From NCBI RefSeq assembly GCF_009914755.1, contig NC_060927.1: a stretch of 64,000 nucleotides of DNA, one strand, 5' to 3'. The first letter of the stretch is position 1. Each line of letters begins with the position of its first letter. The position numbers and the translations under genes are program-made. Origin of the DNA: the human T2T-CHM13v2.0 reference genome, Homo sapiens. Under the pieces are notes generated by a model, which was not told the origin of the DNA, did no database searches, and worked only from the letters and a program-made list of their open reading frames with translations. Positions 25,881 through 37,345 of the stretch are shown piece after piece.

Positions 25881-27868
25881 CTTTTTTCTCTCTCAACCCT
25901 GACAGAGAACTTCTATATACTGAGCAAGGTTTATTTCAGGGGAGGATGGAGCGAACCTGGTGAAATGATGTCAGGCATGAAGATAATAACACGCACTGCC
26001 AGGTAACTTTTCCGCTTTGACAAACTGGAAGCTGACGGTTTTGGCCAGGCCTTTTCTGAGATGGTTCTAAAAAACTTGATGATATCAGGCACTGGTGACA
26101 GCACTTTATTTTATTGAATAAGCCACTTACTTCAATGTTCTCCTTGGCTTTGTTTCTAAACAAATATGAATTCCCTAACTTATTTTCTCTTGCCTGGACC
26201 CTGCCATCCCTCTTTGGAAATCATACTGAATATGAGAGAGAATCACAAACCCCCAGTGCACCCAAGTATGCATAGTGACACCCTCTCTCCCTGGATTAGG
26301 GCTTCTGCAGAGCTTGACTCATACCCATGAACTATTGTAAAATTCAGTTGAGGTTTGGGGTTCTACTACTAATGAATTACAGGCTGCAGAGAGTTCTATT
26401 TGCTTCTCTCAGTATCTATGAAATAAGAAAAATTGGTTTCCATTGTCCTCCCTCACAAGGATACCATGGAAATTAGTGACCTAAAATCTTCAATTTGCCT
26501 CACCCCTATGGCACAAAAGTATGAACATAGGACAAAGAATAACTGTGACCATTTTGTTTCTGAAGCCTAACATAAAAAAAAGAAAATCATTCCACTATGG
26601 AAAACTAGCTAATTCTCCTGACATGGACTAGAGTACTTCTGTCTGCCATGGTCTGATTCATGCCAGAGACTATTTCAGTGAAAAGAAATTGATCACAAAC
26701 TTTTGTTCGCACACAAACACTTCTTCTGGGTCCTCATATTCATTTTCTTTTTATCATGGTTATTACTGAAAAGACTAGAGAATTACATCCCACTCGGCTG
26801 TCTCAATTTAACCTTTTTCTCTTCAGTATTCTCAAAACCCAGAGGTTTTGTGCTCCGGAGGGCACAGCTGAGAAGGGCAGGCCAGGCAAATTGGCTGGGG
26901 AGCCCACACTCACCAGATCCAGTGGTAGCAGAATTGTGGGTAATGGCAGGCTTGCACATAGCAGGGGCATAATCATATCTGAGGTAAGATGGCATTCAAT
27001 AGAACTATGTGAACTGGTAGCCAATAGGTTCAAGACTTATTCTGAGCAGCTTATAGATGCGTCATTTCATGGGTTAGAAGCATACAGAGTATGCTTCTAG
27101 CATTCATTTTTTTTTTTCAAATGTAGACGCTACCATTTTGGAAGATTCTATTAAATGTGAAGCAACTCACAAAAGAACAACTGCAACAGTTATGAGAATC
27201 AAGCATTTTGTTAATGAGAAAGATTAAAGAATGTTTAATGTATGCATCTTAGCTAGGTGTCAGCTGGGTCATGAATCAGAGATAATTCGACTTCAGCAAT
27301 AATTGAAAGCAAAAATAGGAGTAGATGAATGTTTTATCAAGAATGCTGGGAGTAGTAGTATAATGAGGGTGGTTCAAACAGCAAAGTTGGCAAAAGATGC
27401 GCATTTGATTGGAAATGGTAGCCACCTTCTTGACTGGGAGCCCCAAAGAAATGCGCATAGAATAATTTTCCAAATGTTAACAAACAGCACTGACACCACA
27501 GTGAAAATTAGAGCTTTCAGAAATTAACTACACTGAAAATTAACTAAATTAAATTAGGAAATAACTGCCATTTTCTTTGTTATTATGTTGCATTAATGCC
27601 TGTTATTTGGTTTCCCATGACTTCTAATGAGTTCCATGGAATCTAAGCTATGAGCAAAAAACATCATACATTTTTTGGCCTAAGGAAAATCATACATTTT
27701 TTCGAAACTAATTATTTTTTAAAATAATGTTTGTAAAAAATAAATGCTAGAGGAATGGCCAGAATTAAATTATTAAATTATTTGGCTGGGTGAGCACCGC
27801 CTTTGTCAGAGAATGAATCACTTTCTTCAAATTTAGCAGGCAGATTTGTGGTTTGGAGAAGTTGTGAG

Positions 27869-28678
27869 TGTCAAGTGGTCAAGCCACTCCTAAAGCTTTC
27901 TCACCACTTGTTCATAGATTTGTTTGTTAAGGAGACAATGAGGTGTCATGGACTCAGATAATTTCTTACTTATAACAACACAGTATGCTCAAGTATGTTT
28001 TCCTTGCCCCTCAGGGTCCAGAGTAGTTCGGTGAAGCCATCCCAGGCAGGTGCTAGACACTGAGTTTAGGAGTTCGTAAATGCCTACTTTTAGAAGGAGC
28101 TGCTGGCAAACCTGGCCATCATTCCCTCTGAAGAGAGAGGTTTGGTTTGTTTTTTTTGTTTGTTTTTTTGAGACAGAGTCTTACTCTGTTGCTCAAGCTA
28201 GAGTGTAATGGTGCAATCATAGCTCACTTTAGCCTCGAACTACTAGGCTCAAGGGATCCTTCTACCTCAGCCTCCTGAGTAGCTGGGACTACAGGCATGT
28301 GGAATCACCCATGGTTAATTTAAAAAAAACTATTTTGTGGAGGCAGGGTCTTGCTATATTGCCCAGGCAGCTGTCGAACTCCTGGCCTCAAGTGATCCTC
28401 TCACCTCAGCTTCCCAAAGTGCTGGGGTTACAGGCTGAGCCACCATGTGTGGCTGAGATTAGGATTTTTTTACCCTGGAAATTAAGCAAAACTCCAAAAC
28501 AAACAAACAAACAAAAAAAGCAAGGGCAGAAGACTTTACCAGCTTGAAATATCTATCTGAAACTATCTTTAAAGAATCACTAACTCTAACTTCCAAAACT
28601 GTTCATAATGCAAAAACCCTTCTGGTGGGTGAGAAGACACATGATAATGTCAGGATTGTGGAGAATTATCTCCCAACA
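27869..28678 (-). mobile_element. Old ERVL LTR (LTR40/41/52-like) interrupted by AluJ
   Basis: The minus strand begins TGTTGGGAGATAATTCTCCA, typical of this LTR group, and ends ...CTTGACA. No TSD is recognisable. Confidence 0.55.
28140..28454 (-). mobile_element. AluJ
   Basis: J-type diagnostics 'caatcatagctcact..agcctcgaact..taggctcaag.gatcct' and 'tcttgctatattgcccagg'. Confidence 0.92.
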
Positions 28679-29975
28679 CTCTGGCTTAACAGAAAACATG
28701 CACTTCAAGGCACAAAGACCTAGGTTCAAATCCCAACTCCTATATTTATTTCACCACCTTTGGCAACTTACATAGACTGCCACAACACTAAGCTAAATAC
28801 ATGAATTGTTTCATTGTTGCACAACTCTCTAAAAGCTAAAATAAAGAACTTGGCTCAATGACTTGCATATATTAGATCACTCAATTTAATTACCTGCCTT
28901 CCTCGATCTCCCAAACTCATTCAGCTTCTGAGACAATTCATCAAATATACACTTTGTGTTGCTTTAGATAATAAAGGTGGGTTAGCAAATAACATCTATA
29001 TTAAACAAAAACTACTTTACACATGCAAGATTTTTGTCCTAGAAAATAGACAATTATTCACTAGCTTCCCAGGCTTCGGTAAGTTATTGGATCTGTTCGG
29101 GTCTCAATTTTTTAATTCTAACATAAGATAATTACATTATGATCACTGATTACTCTTTTAAATTCTAAGCTGTATTTTCTTATAAATATTTGTACCAGGT
29201 AAAGAGTAATGCCTTTTAATTTTTTATATTGCCTTTTTATTGAACTGTGGATTGTTTAAAAATATTGCATTTTTAAAAATTTCCTTCTGCCAACAAAGCA
29301 GTACAAACATTCTCACAATCAAACAACCTTTTATAACCACACTTGTTTAAAAAGCAGTCATAAATATATTTAGGATATATTCTCTCCTTTCCATATGATA
29401 TCCTTAATATGTGCATGTTTATTACAAGATTAGAGTGGTTTCAAAAAAGAACTAATCTTCAAAGATTAGCATGAATGGGAGGATGAAGCAATGATTATAA
29501 TCCAAAGTGACATAGTCCAAGTAATGGATATTTGGCATAGGATTTGTTTATATATTTGCTTTTGCATACAGGTGTCCTTTGTGTTCTAGGATAGCATTTC
29601 AAACAAAAAGCGTCGTCACATTAAAAGCTGCCCCAGAAAACAGGATGCTTTTCCCACCCAACATGGAAAAGACCATTCACTTTTGCAGGCCATTTCACTC
29701 TTGAGAATAGGCCATATATCGTACCATGATTTGCTCTGACAAATTCCACCTCTCAATTTTCCCTTAGGACTATGGTATTACTTTTATGTGTAGATTTAGG
29801 AAGTATTTATCTATTATCATAAATTTGCGTGTGATTATTAACCTATCTGATATCTAGCACAAAGTTGGACACTTTTTAAGAGCTGATTCACAGGAAATAA
29901 AGGTAAAAAAATTTCAAGGTAGATTTGCTAGAGGAGAACAAGAGGTTAAATTAGAAGTTAAAAGAATATAACTTT

Positions 29976-30249
29976 GGCCAGGCGTGGTGGCTCATGCCTG
30001 TAATCCCAGCACTTTGGGAGGCCAAGGCAGGCAGATGACAAGGTCAAGAGATCAAGACCATCCTGGCCAATGTGGTGAAACCCCATCTCTACTAAAAATA
30101 CAAAAATTAGCTGGATGTGGTGGTGCATGCCTGTAGTCCCTGCTACCTGGGAGGCTGAGAAGGACAATCGCTTGAACCTGGGTGGCAGAGGTTGCAGTGA
30201 GCCGAGATCATGCAACTGCACTCCAGCCTAGTGACAGAGTAAGACTCCG

Positions 30250-30294
<45 letters not shown>
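29976..30294 (+). mobile_element. AluSc-like with a pure A41 tail
   Basis: 'aggtcaagagatcaagaccatcctggcc' and the shortened 'agcctagtgacag' are Sc-type. A run at 30254-30294. Degenerate TSD aaaagaatataactt / aaaagtatatgaactt. Confidence 0.92.
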
Positions 30295-30297
<3 letters not shown>

Positions 30298-31884
30298 TAT
30301 GAACTTCATCTGGCCTTTTGATCTACTGGGAATTAGGACATATATGTGGGTCAGATTGCCAGAGGAGGAACTTCAGCATAGGCTGAAAGTAGGAAGTAAT
30401 TGGAATGGGCAACATACAAACATGTCAAAAAACAGAGAAACGTGATCCAGGCCATTAAAAAAATGTGCTCAAGGGTTAAGCATAAATTCAAAAGATATGT
30501 ATTGTACTCCTATTATAAGCAAAATACTATCCCAGCTATGTCTCTCTCAAAATGGGATCAGAGAGCTGAGAAAGCCACAATCTTGACTCAATTTGACACA
30601 ACTTCTAGCTTATGGTGAACTTCAATGCCATGTATTGAATTAATCCACATACTCTAGTACTTTTGTAGCTGTGCCTTCATAGCTCATTATTTATGTATAA
30701 AAAGTGATCTTGCCATAAACATTATCTTGAGAACATGTTAAGGACAGTGAGATTTTGACAGCAAGGATATTTTAAATCCTTGTTACACATACAAATATTT
30801 TAATCAAAATTGTATCAACATTGTTGGCTTTTTGTAAAGATAGTATTTTCTGAACAAAACTCTATTTACCAATTTCATTCTTGGATCAATATGCTATATG
30901 ATCCTTTTGACCCATTTCCATCTTTTCCATTTTCATTTTTGCTTTGCTAAAATTGTCTTTACTGTGATCAATGATTTTTTTTCTGTGTATGTTGTACAAT
31001 GAATAATTGAAAGATCAAGGTCTTTTGTTCATATTGAATTTCATCAATTACGGCTTCTGCATTTTACATGTAGAGTTTTTGTGCTTATATATGTGTTTAT
31101 TAATTCTACAAAATCCAATTTTTGGACCATTTTTGCAGACATAAATTTTGTCAAGAATATTTTATTTTTTCATCAATTTTTCAGTCAATAACATGTTATT
31201 TTATAGAGTTTTAGCTGTTCTCAATTATGTTTTGTTCCATTTGTTTCTACTATTTCTAATTTACTTTGGGTCAATTTTTGCAGTTCTCAGTGTTCCCATG
31301 AGGTATTTTTCCTCAGTCAGTTTTCAACTATAACAAACTTTACTATGTGCACTTTTAGTTTACATGATTTCTACAAGTCTAATTTTTCCTGGGTCAGTTG
31401 TTACACTTCTCAAATTTACTGACAAGTGTTTCTTATAAAACAGTCAAAAAATCCAATATATGGTGAAATCAAATTATCTTCAAGGTCAAAGCAACAGGGT
31501 CAACACTTATTCTTTCATTTGAGGATATGAGTAGCAAATTGGATGACAGCAATAATTCTAAATATGATCTATTATATCCCAGTCTAGTAATAGGGGGTTA
31601 AGGCATATTTCAGGATAAATACAATTCCCAGTCCCAGGCCTAGACCTTGAAATTTTGGTCTATTGAAGGGTAAAGTATTCAGTAGTTCCCAATTCATCCA
31701 TGGCTTCTCAGAGGCTTCAGAACTAGTCAGTTGAATTGAATGTCTTTTCAAAAACTCATCTAAATTATTTCTTCCTTGGCATCACTACAATTCAGGGAGA
31801 CTCATACTGTAGCATCATACCATGGTTTTCGAAGAAAGATTGAGATTTAAGAGAGACCAACTAAAGAATAAAACACACTTCTAA

Positions 31885-32385
31885 TTAAAGATGGCAGGTT
31901 GCACCCAAATTTACCCCTGCTTCTTTCCCAATATTAACTAAACTGACAAAAGGGGGAAAAATATTTTAAAGGGATAAAAGCAAAAAAAAAAAAAAAAAAA
32001 AAGGAAAGGGGAGGGATGAGTATAATAAAACTTTGGAAACTGTAAAACAAAACTGCTAGTAGTAATTGACATAGACAGCTGGGAACACCAAATTCGAAAC
32101 TAGAAAGCTAAGAGACATCAAATTCACTCTGTAGAAACAACTTCCCTCTTCAAGGATTTGGTATTTCTAGCATCTGGGACAACTGTAAGTAAGGTAAAAG
32201 TAGAACTAAAATGAGATTTTTTTTTTTTTGAAAGTGTTTAAGAAGTAGACATCTTTCCAGTTACCTCCCCACTTATGTTTAGAAAATGCCTATCCAGCCC
32301 TATCCTGCCTTTTGCCCCACAAAGCAATGGGTAGTTTATCATCTGGAGAGGATAAAACAGAAGGTCTACATTGGGGAAATGCTGT
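31885..32385 (+). mobile_element. HAL1 (half-L1) 5' region
   Basis: 'aagatggcagg...atttacccctgcttctttccc...actaaactgaca...tttggaaactgtaaaa...gtagtaattgacatag...gaaagtgtttaagaagtag...tctggagaggataaaacagaaggtct' is colinear with the recalled HAL1 5' consensus. Confidence 0.65.
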
Positions 32386-33559
32386 ACTGTCATAAGTCCT
32401 TCCTGTATTTCTATGAGATGGGAATAGGAGCATGCATAAGGTTATACTATGCGCATTCTTTTTAAATCATTTCATGAGGATGCCAGACATGAACATGTGT
32501 TGTGCTAGCTGCAGGTATAGTCAAGTATGCTTGCACAGATGTGCAGGTACAAAGCTACTGCCTGACAACAGCGAGTACATACAGTCATGTATTCTGCTGC
32601 AACCATCCTTCATTCTGAAAGATGCCATTCATTTTAGATATAAATCAACAATCAACCCACACAGACCTGTTGTTGCTATGATACTAACACTGCAAATTAT
32701 TTACTACATTTTAGGGAATTTGTCATAGAAACAAAGTTGGAGGGGGACAATGCATACAGAAACAAATATTCCCATATGTTAGGAAGCTACTGCTACACTG
32801 TTGTCTTTCATCCTCAAACACAATCTGCAACAGGCTAAGAACTAGGCAATGAGGCATGAAAGCACATACTGAAGCCACTTCTGACACCTACAGTTTTTCA
32901 TCTGCTTAGCCCAAAGAATTCAGAATGTAGAGTTCATTAGATATAGCTCAGGGCACAACTGAGAATCTGAAAGGTTTCTGAATCTACCATCTTCTAGGGA
33001 ACTACTGAGCCAGCCATAATTTGCTCACACCTGTCTCTCCTACATTCACCACAGCACGTACAATGTAACCTAATGAGCTTTAACTTTGTCCCCAGATACT
33101 CTTATTTATTGTTACTAACTGCTGCAATGCCTTCAGGTCAATATCTGGGACAATCCAATCTGATTTTGAATCCAGATACAACATCCTATCTCTCCTTTCC
33201 TCTCTTTTTCTTTCAGAAGCAGTGTAAATTACTGGCATTAGCAATGACAGCAAACAGAAATTCTCAATAGCAAAGGTAGGTTTTGGTTGCAATAAGAAGT
33301 AGATGTAATTTTCTTATATGAGTTCTCTCATCATGAAACTCAATCTCTTTGTGTGTTAACGCTGGCACCAACACTTGGAGTATCTAACTTTCAGCGTGAT
33401 TGTCTCACAGGTATTGGACAATTCTTACTCTCTTCTATTAACTGGTTTCTGAAAGTATAATATGAACATAATATGGCCAACACTTATCTCTATCAACAGG
33501 CATGCCTTATTGCCTGAAAGTAAGTGTCACTTGGTGGCAAATAGGACAAATTGCATGTA

Positions 33560-33860
33560 ACCTTGCAGTACATGTGCTTGGAGTCACAGTCAGATCCCAG
33601 GTCCACCACTTATTAGATAGAGCTCAAACAAGTCATATACATTTCCTTGGCCTTGGTTTCTTCAACTGGAAAATGAGAAAGGGCCGTAATTACCTCATAG
33701 GGTTAGTGTGAAGAGTAAATGAGATCATGAAGGTACACAGATTGATAGATTATATATATTACTATATTATATATAGAAGATAATATAGAGAGATTATACT
33801 AGATATAATCTCAAAAGAAACTGATCCAGAAACACTTAGTAGGTGCTTAATACCTAGTAC
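33560..33860 (+). mobile_element. MIR SINE with an internal AT-rich insertion
   Basis: 'ggccttggtttcttcaactggaaaatgag...tacctcatagggttagtgtgaagagtaaatgagat' and later 'agtaggtgcttaata'. Confidence 0.75.
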
Positions 33861-35099
33861 TTACTGTATGAGAGAAGAGCTTTGCTGTTAGATTCTTTCA
33901 TGTTGAGCTATTATTGCAGAATTACTATGTTCAGCAAAAGGTACAGAAGTGCAAAATAATAAAGAAGTCAAGTACTTTCTCCATGAACTTAGAAACCAAT
34001 AATAACAGAAAGAAGAATATATTAAAAAAAAAAACAAAAAACTTGTCCTCCTTCTTCCTAACTCCTTGGACAGAGAAATCTGGGTCCATTGAGAGAATGG
34101 CTCTCACTGGCCATGTTGCTAACATGAATCATTTTTTCTTGCCAGTTATAGAGACAAATGAATCCTTTAAATGTGGCCTATCATCAGAAACTGTGCCAAG
34201 CCAGTGGCATCTCCCTGGCAGCAAGTATCTCACCAGCTCCATTTTCATCTTTCAATGTCAAGTTCACTTTAAGAATCAATCTTTGGCGAGCCTCCTGTGG
34301 CCACTTGCCACCTCCACTAAAGGCTGTCTTTGTAAAGTGTTTTTAAAAAACAAAAAGAAGAACATATTAAACAAACAAACAAACAAAACCCAGAAAATTA
34401 TTTTCATGTTCCCCTAGAGATATGGCACTTTTGAAGTGACCTAAGATAGAGCCAGAGAGTCAACGTGATGCAGAACTTCTCTTCATCTGCTGCTACCCTT
34501 CTGGCCCCTTGGGTTTTGGCAAAAGAAACAAAAAGAGAATGAAGACATGATAAAGATAAAAGAGGACCTCCTTTAAGGAATCAGGAATTGATTTTTTTTT
34601 TTTTGTCTCCTAGAAAGCCATTATGAAATGTGAGGGCAGAGAGATTATGACTCCCTTTAATAGTGAGATGTTGGCCTCAGAACTATATCACTGAGGGCAG
34701 CAGTGGTAAGTTGAGCAGATTATTGCATAAAACTAGGAGCCATGAATAGAGAAGTGGAACATGCCTTTATAGCTAAATGTATGCAAGAATACATACATTT
34801 GGCTGGAAAATGGATACCAATTCAAATATTTTGGAGGAATGAGAGGAGGTCAAAGAAAATAATATTTCTAGGGCTAAATCAGCTAATTACAGAGCAATCT
34901 ATCACTGGCTGGACCATACATGTGTGGTAGTTAACAGATAATAAGAGAATGCTCAGAAATGAACTTGTTCAGTATACTCAAGACTGGAAGCATCAAAAGA
35001 GTGAGATGGAAGACATTCATTCACCAATATTCAAATTAATAGGCAAAATAAATGACCAGCTAGAGATTCCTATGCTTTTTTTCCCCACTTGACTTAGAG

Positions 35100-35276
35100 C
35101 AGAGTCAGACTAAATTTTTTGAGACATAAAACTTAGACATTGGGGGAGAGGACCCTTTAAGAAAAGAATTCATTATTAGAAATATAACATTACTACAGTC
35201 CTCCTCAAGGTCTAGAAAGGCGCACATGAAAATGAGGGGCTTATGCTTTATTAGCCTGACAGTAAATCCACCTCTG
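35100..35276 (+). mobile_element. MER53-like hAT MITE
   Basis: 'accctttaagaaaagaat...tgaggggc...gctttattagcctgacagtaaatccacctctg' matches the recalled MER53 3' terminus. Confidence 0.7.
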
Positions 35277-36776
35277 TTTCAAAAGTTATCAATGAGGAAT
35301 ATGTTTTGCTTTCTGAATGCTTTCTTTGGGCACCATCCCCATAGTCTCTTACTATAACTTTCTGGGTTGAATTGGGAATTAGCAAAAAAACAACACTGCC
35401 AAACTTGAATTAGTAGATATGCAACGGAAAATTTAATATGAGAAGGAGGTTCTAGTTTTCTAATTTATTTTGACATATTAAATGACACTAAAAAAAGGTA
35501 ATTTTAATTATAAATACAGTACATTGAATTCAAAATGAATTTAAATAATAAAGCGATACAGCAAATATCCACCAGAATCATGCCATTATATTTCTAGTTT
35601 TTTCAAAGGTCTGAGTGTGTGTGTATAAGTGTGTTTGTGTGTGTTTAATCCAAAGTATCCAAATTATATTCACAACGTAGTCATTCTACCAGATGCCACT
35701 TTATTCTTATAGAAGATTGGGAGGTTGACTTTTCTTCTCTTTCTCTTTTTATTATTTACATGTGTGTCAGTTTATTTTTGGTGGCATTCTATAATCAAGC
35801 TCCATGTTAACATATTGGTTTTAACATTGAAATAATACAGTTTTAGAATTTTGAAAATTAAATTGCTGTAGATGGAAGAAATATATTAACATGTGTATAC
35901 TGAAAATCTTGACAGAAGTTAACTCCTTCAAACTGGATTGCTAAAAAAAAGAAACTTTCCCTAAAGCCCAGGAAATCTCTGACCAGATGATTGGCCAACT
36001 CCTGGAATGAGGTTCTAATCTATAATTCCTACCTCTCTCATTTATCATATCATATTGGATGGAACAAGAAGAGGAACTACCTTTTACATTAAAAAATTGT
36101 TTTAATGTATGCAAACAATACTCCAGAAACAGTAAAAGCTTTTTTGGGTGACTGCCATAATACCATTTTCTACGTAATATGTTCCAGAGATAATATTCAG
36201 TCTTTTTTTATTTATGTGGCAAGAAAAAAAACAAGGCTACTGATTATCTTTTTAGAGTATATGAATTTGAATTATTTTATTTTTTACAATTTCTTTTTAA
36301 AGTCCAAGTATCTCTGACAGCTATTTTTTTTATAAGCAGAATGGTGTGGCAAAGAGAGCATGCATTACATGTAGAGACCCTTGAATTATTGTCCCAATTC
36401 TGCACTGCAGGGCTTCTGCTTTCTTATTTTTAAAAGGGAAAGATTATTTCTATGTAATGTTGAAGATTCTTTCCAGCTTTAACATTCCATGGTTGTTTGA
36501 TAAATTTATTTAGTCACTCTTTTCTTGATGGTTTTGAAGCATTATCTTGGCAACTGTTAGATTACATTGCTTTTATTAATCCGGAGTCACCACTGTTGAA
36601 TTCAGCATCTTTTTATTCAGCCCAGCTGATGATGTTCTTTAAGGGCAGGAGATAACCCAAATATCCTATATTCTTTCTGCAGCCAAGCCAGTGAAACATT
36701 TCTGCTGAAGTTTTTTCTGTTTGTCCAAAATCCTAGTGATTTTTGATGGCAATACAGAAAGGAGTTAAAGTCAACT

Positions 36777-37345
36777 TTCAATTATTCAACATTTTTTTTA
36801 AACAGCTGCTATATACGGGGAACCCCTGTAGGCACTAGAGATACAACAGTGAACAACACAGGCTAGATTTCCCTTCTCAAATTGCTTAGAGTCTAGAGAC
36901 GGAAGTAGACATTGATCGAATCATATAGATAAATGTGAAAATGCAAATGTGATAAGTGCCATCAAAGATAAGTATATGATGTTCTGAAAATCTATAAGTA
37001 TTATTTGACCTGCTCAGGGAAGTCAAAGAAGCTTTCCTAAAAAAATAATACTCATCAAAGATCTAAACGGTGTCTTAAAGAGCAAAAAGGAGAAGGAAAG
37101 GAGTCTGGGTAGAGAGCATATCCCAGGCAATTGCCCTGTGATGGCAGCAAGGAACATGAGTATATGGAGTTATAGAAGGCAGATAGGGCTGGATCCCAGG
37201 AAGTAAAGAATAGCCTGATAGGAGATGAGATTGGAGATATTTGTAGGGGCCTGACTGCACAAAATTCTTTTGTATCAATTTTGACGTTTCATCTTTAAGA
37301 ACAAAGGAAAATCATGGATAAGATCATATTAACATGATTAAGTTT
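36777..37345 (-). mobile_element. L2a-like 3' end
   Basis: 'taggcactagagatacaacagtgaacaa', 'tgtgataagtgcca', 'cagggaagtcaaagaagctttcct'. Confidence 0.85.

Noticed and set aside
27240-27620. ORF 27303-27527 in unique-looking sequence
   Set aside because: Non-ATG start, no flanking splice signals and no recognisable family. It could be conserved non-coding DNA, but the sequence alone cannot show that.
33914-34417. 167-aa ORF, the longest outside L1
   Set aside because: Non-ATG start, Lys/Asn runs derived from A tracts, no recognisable domain and no exon structure.
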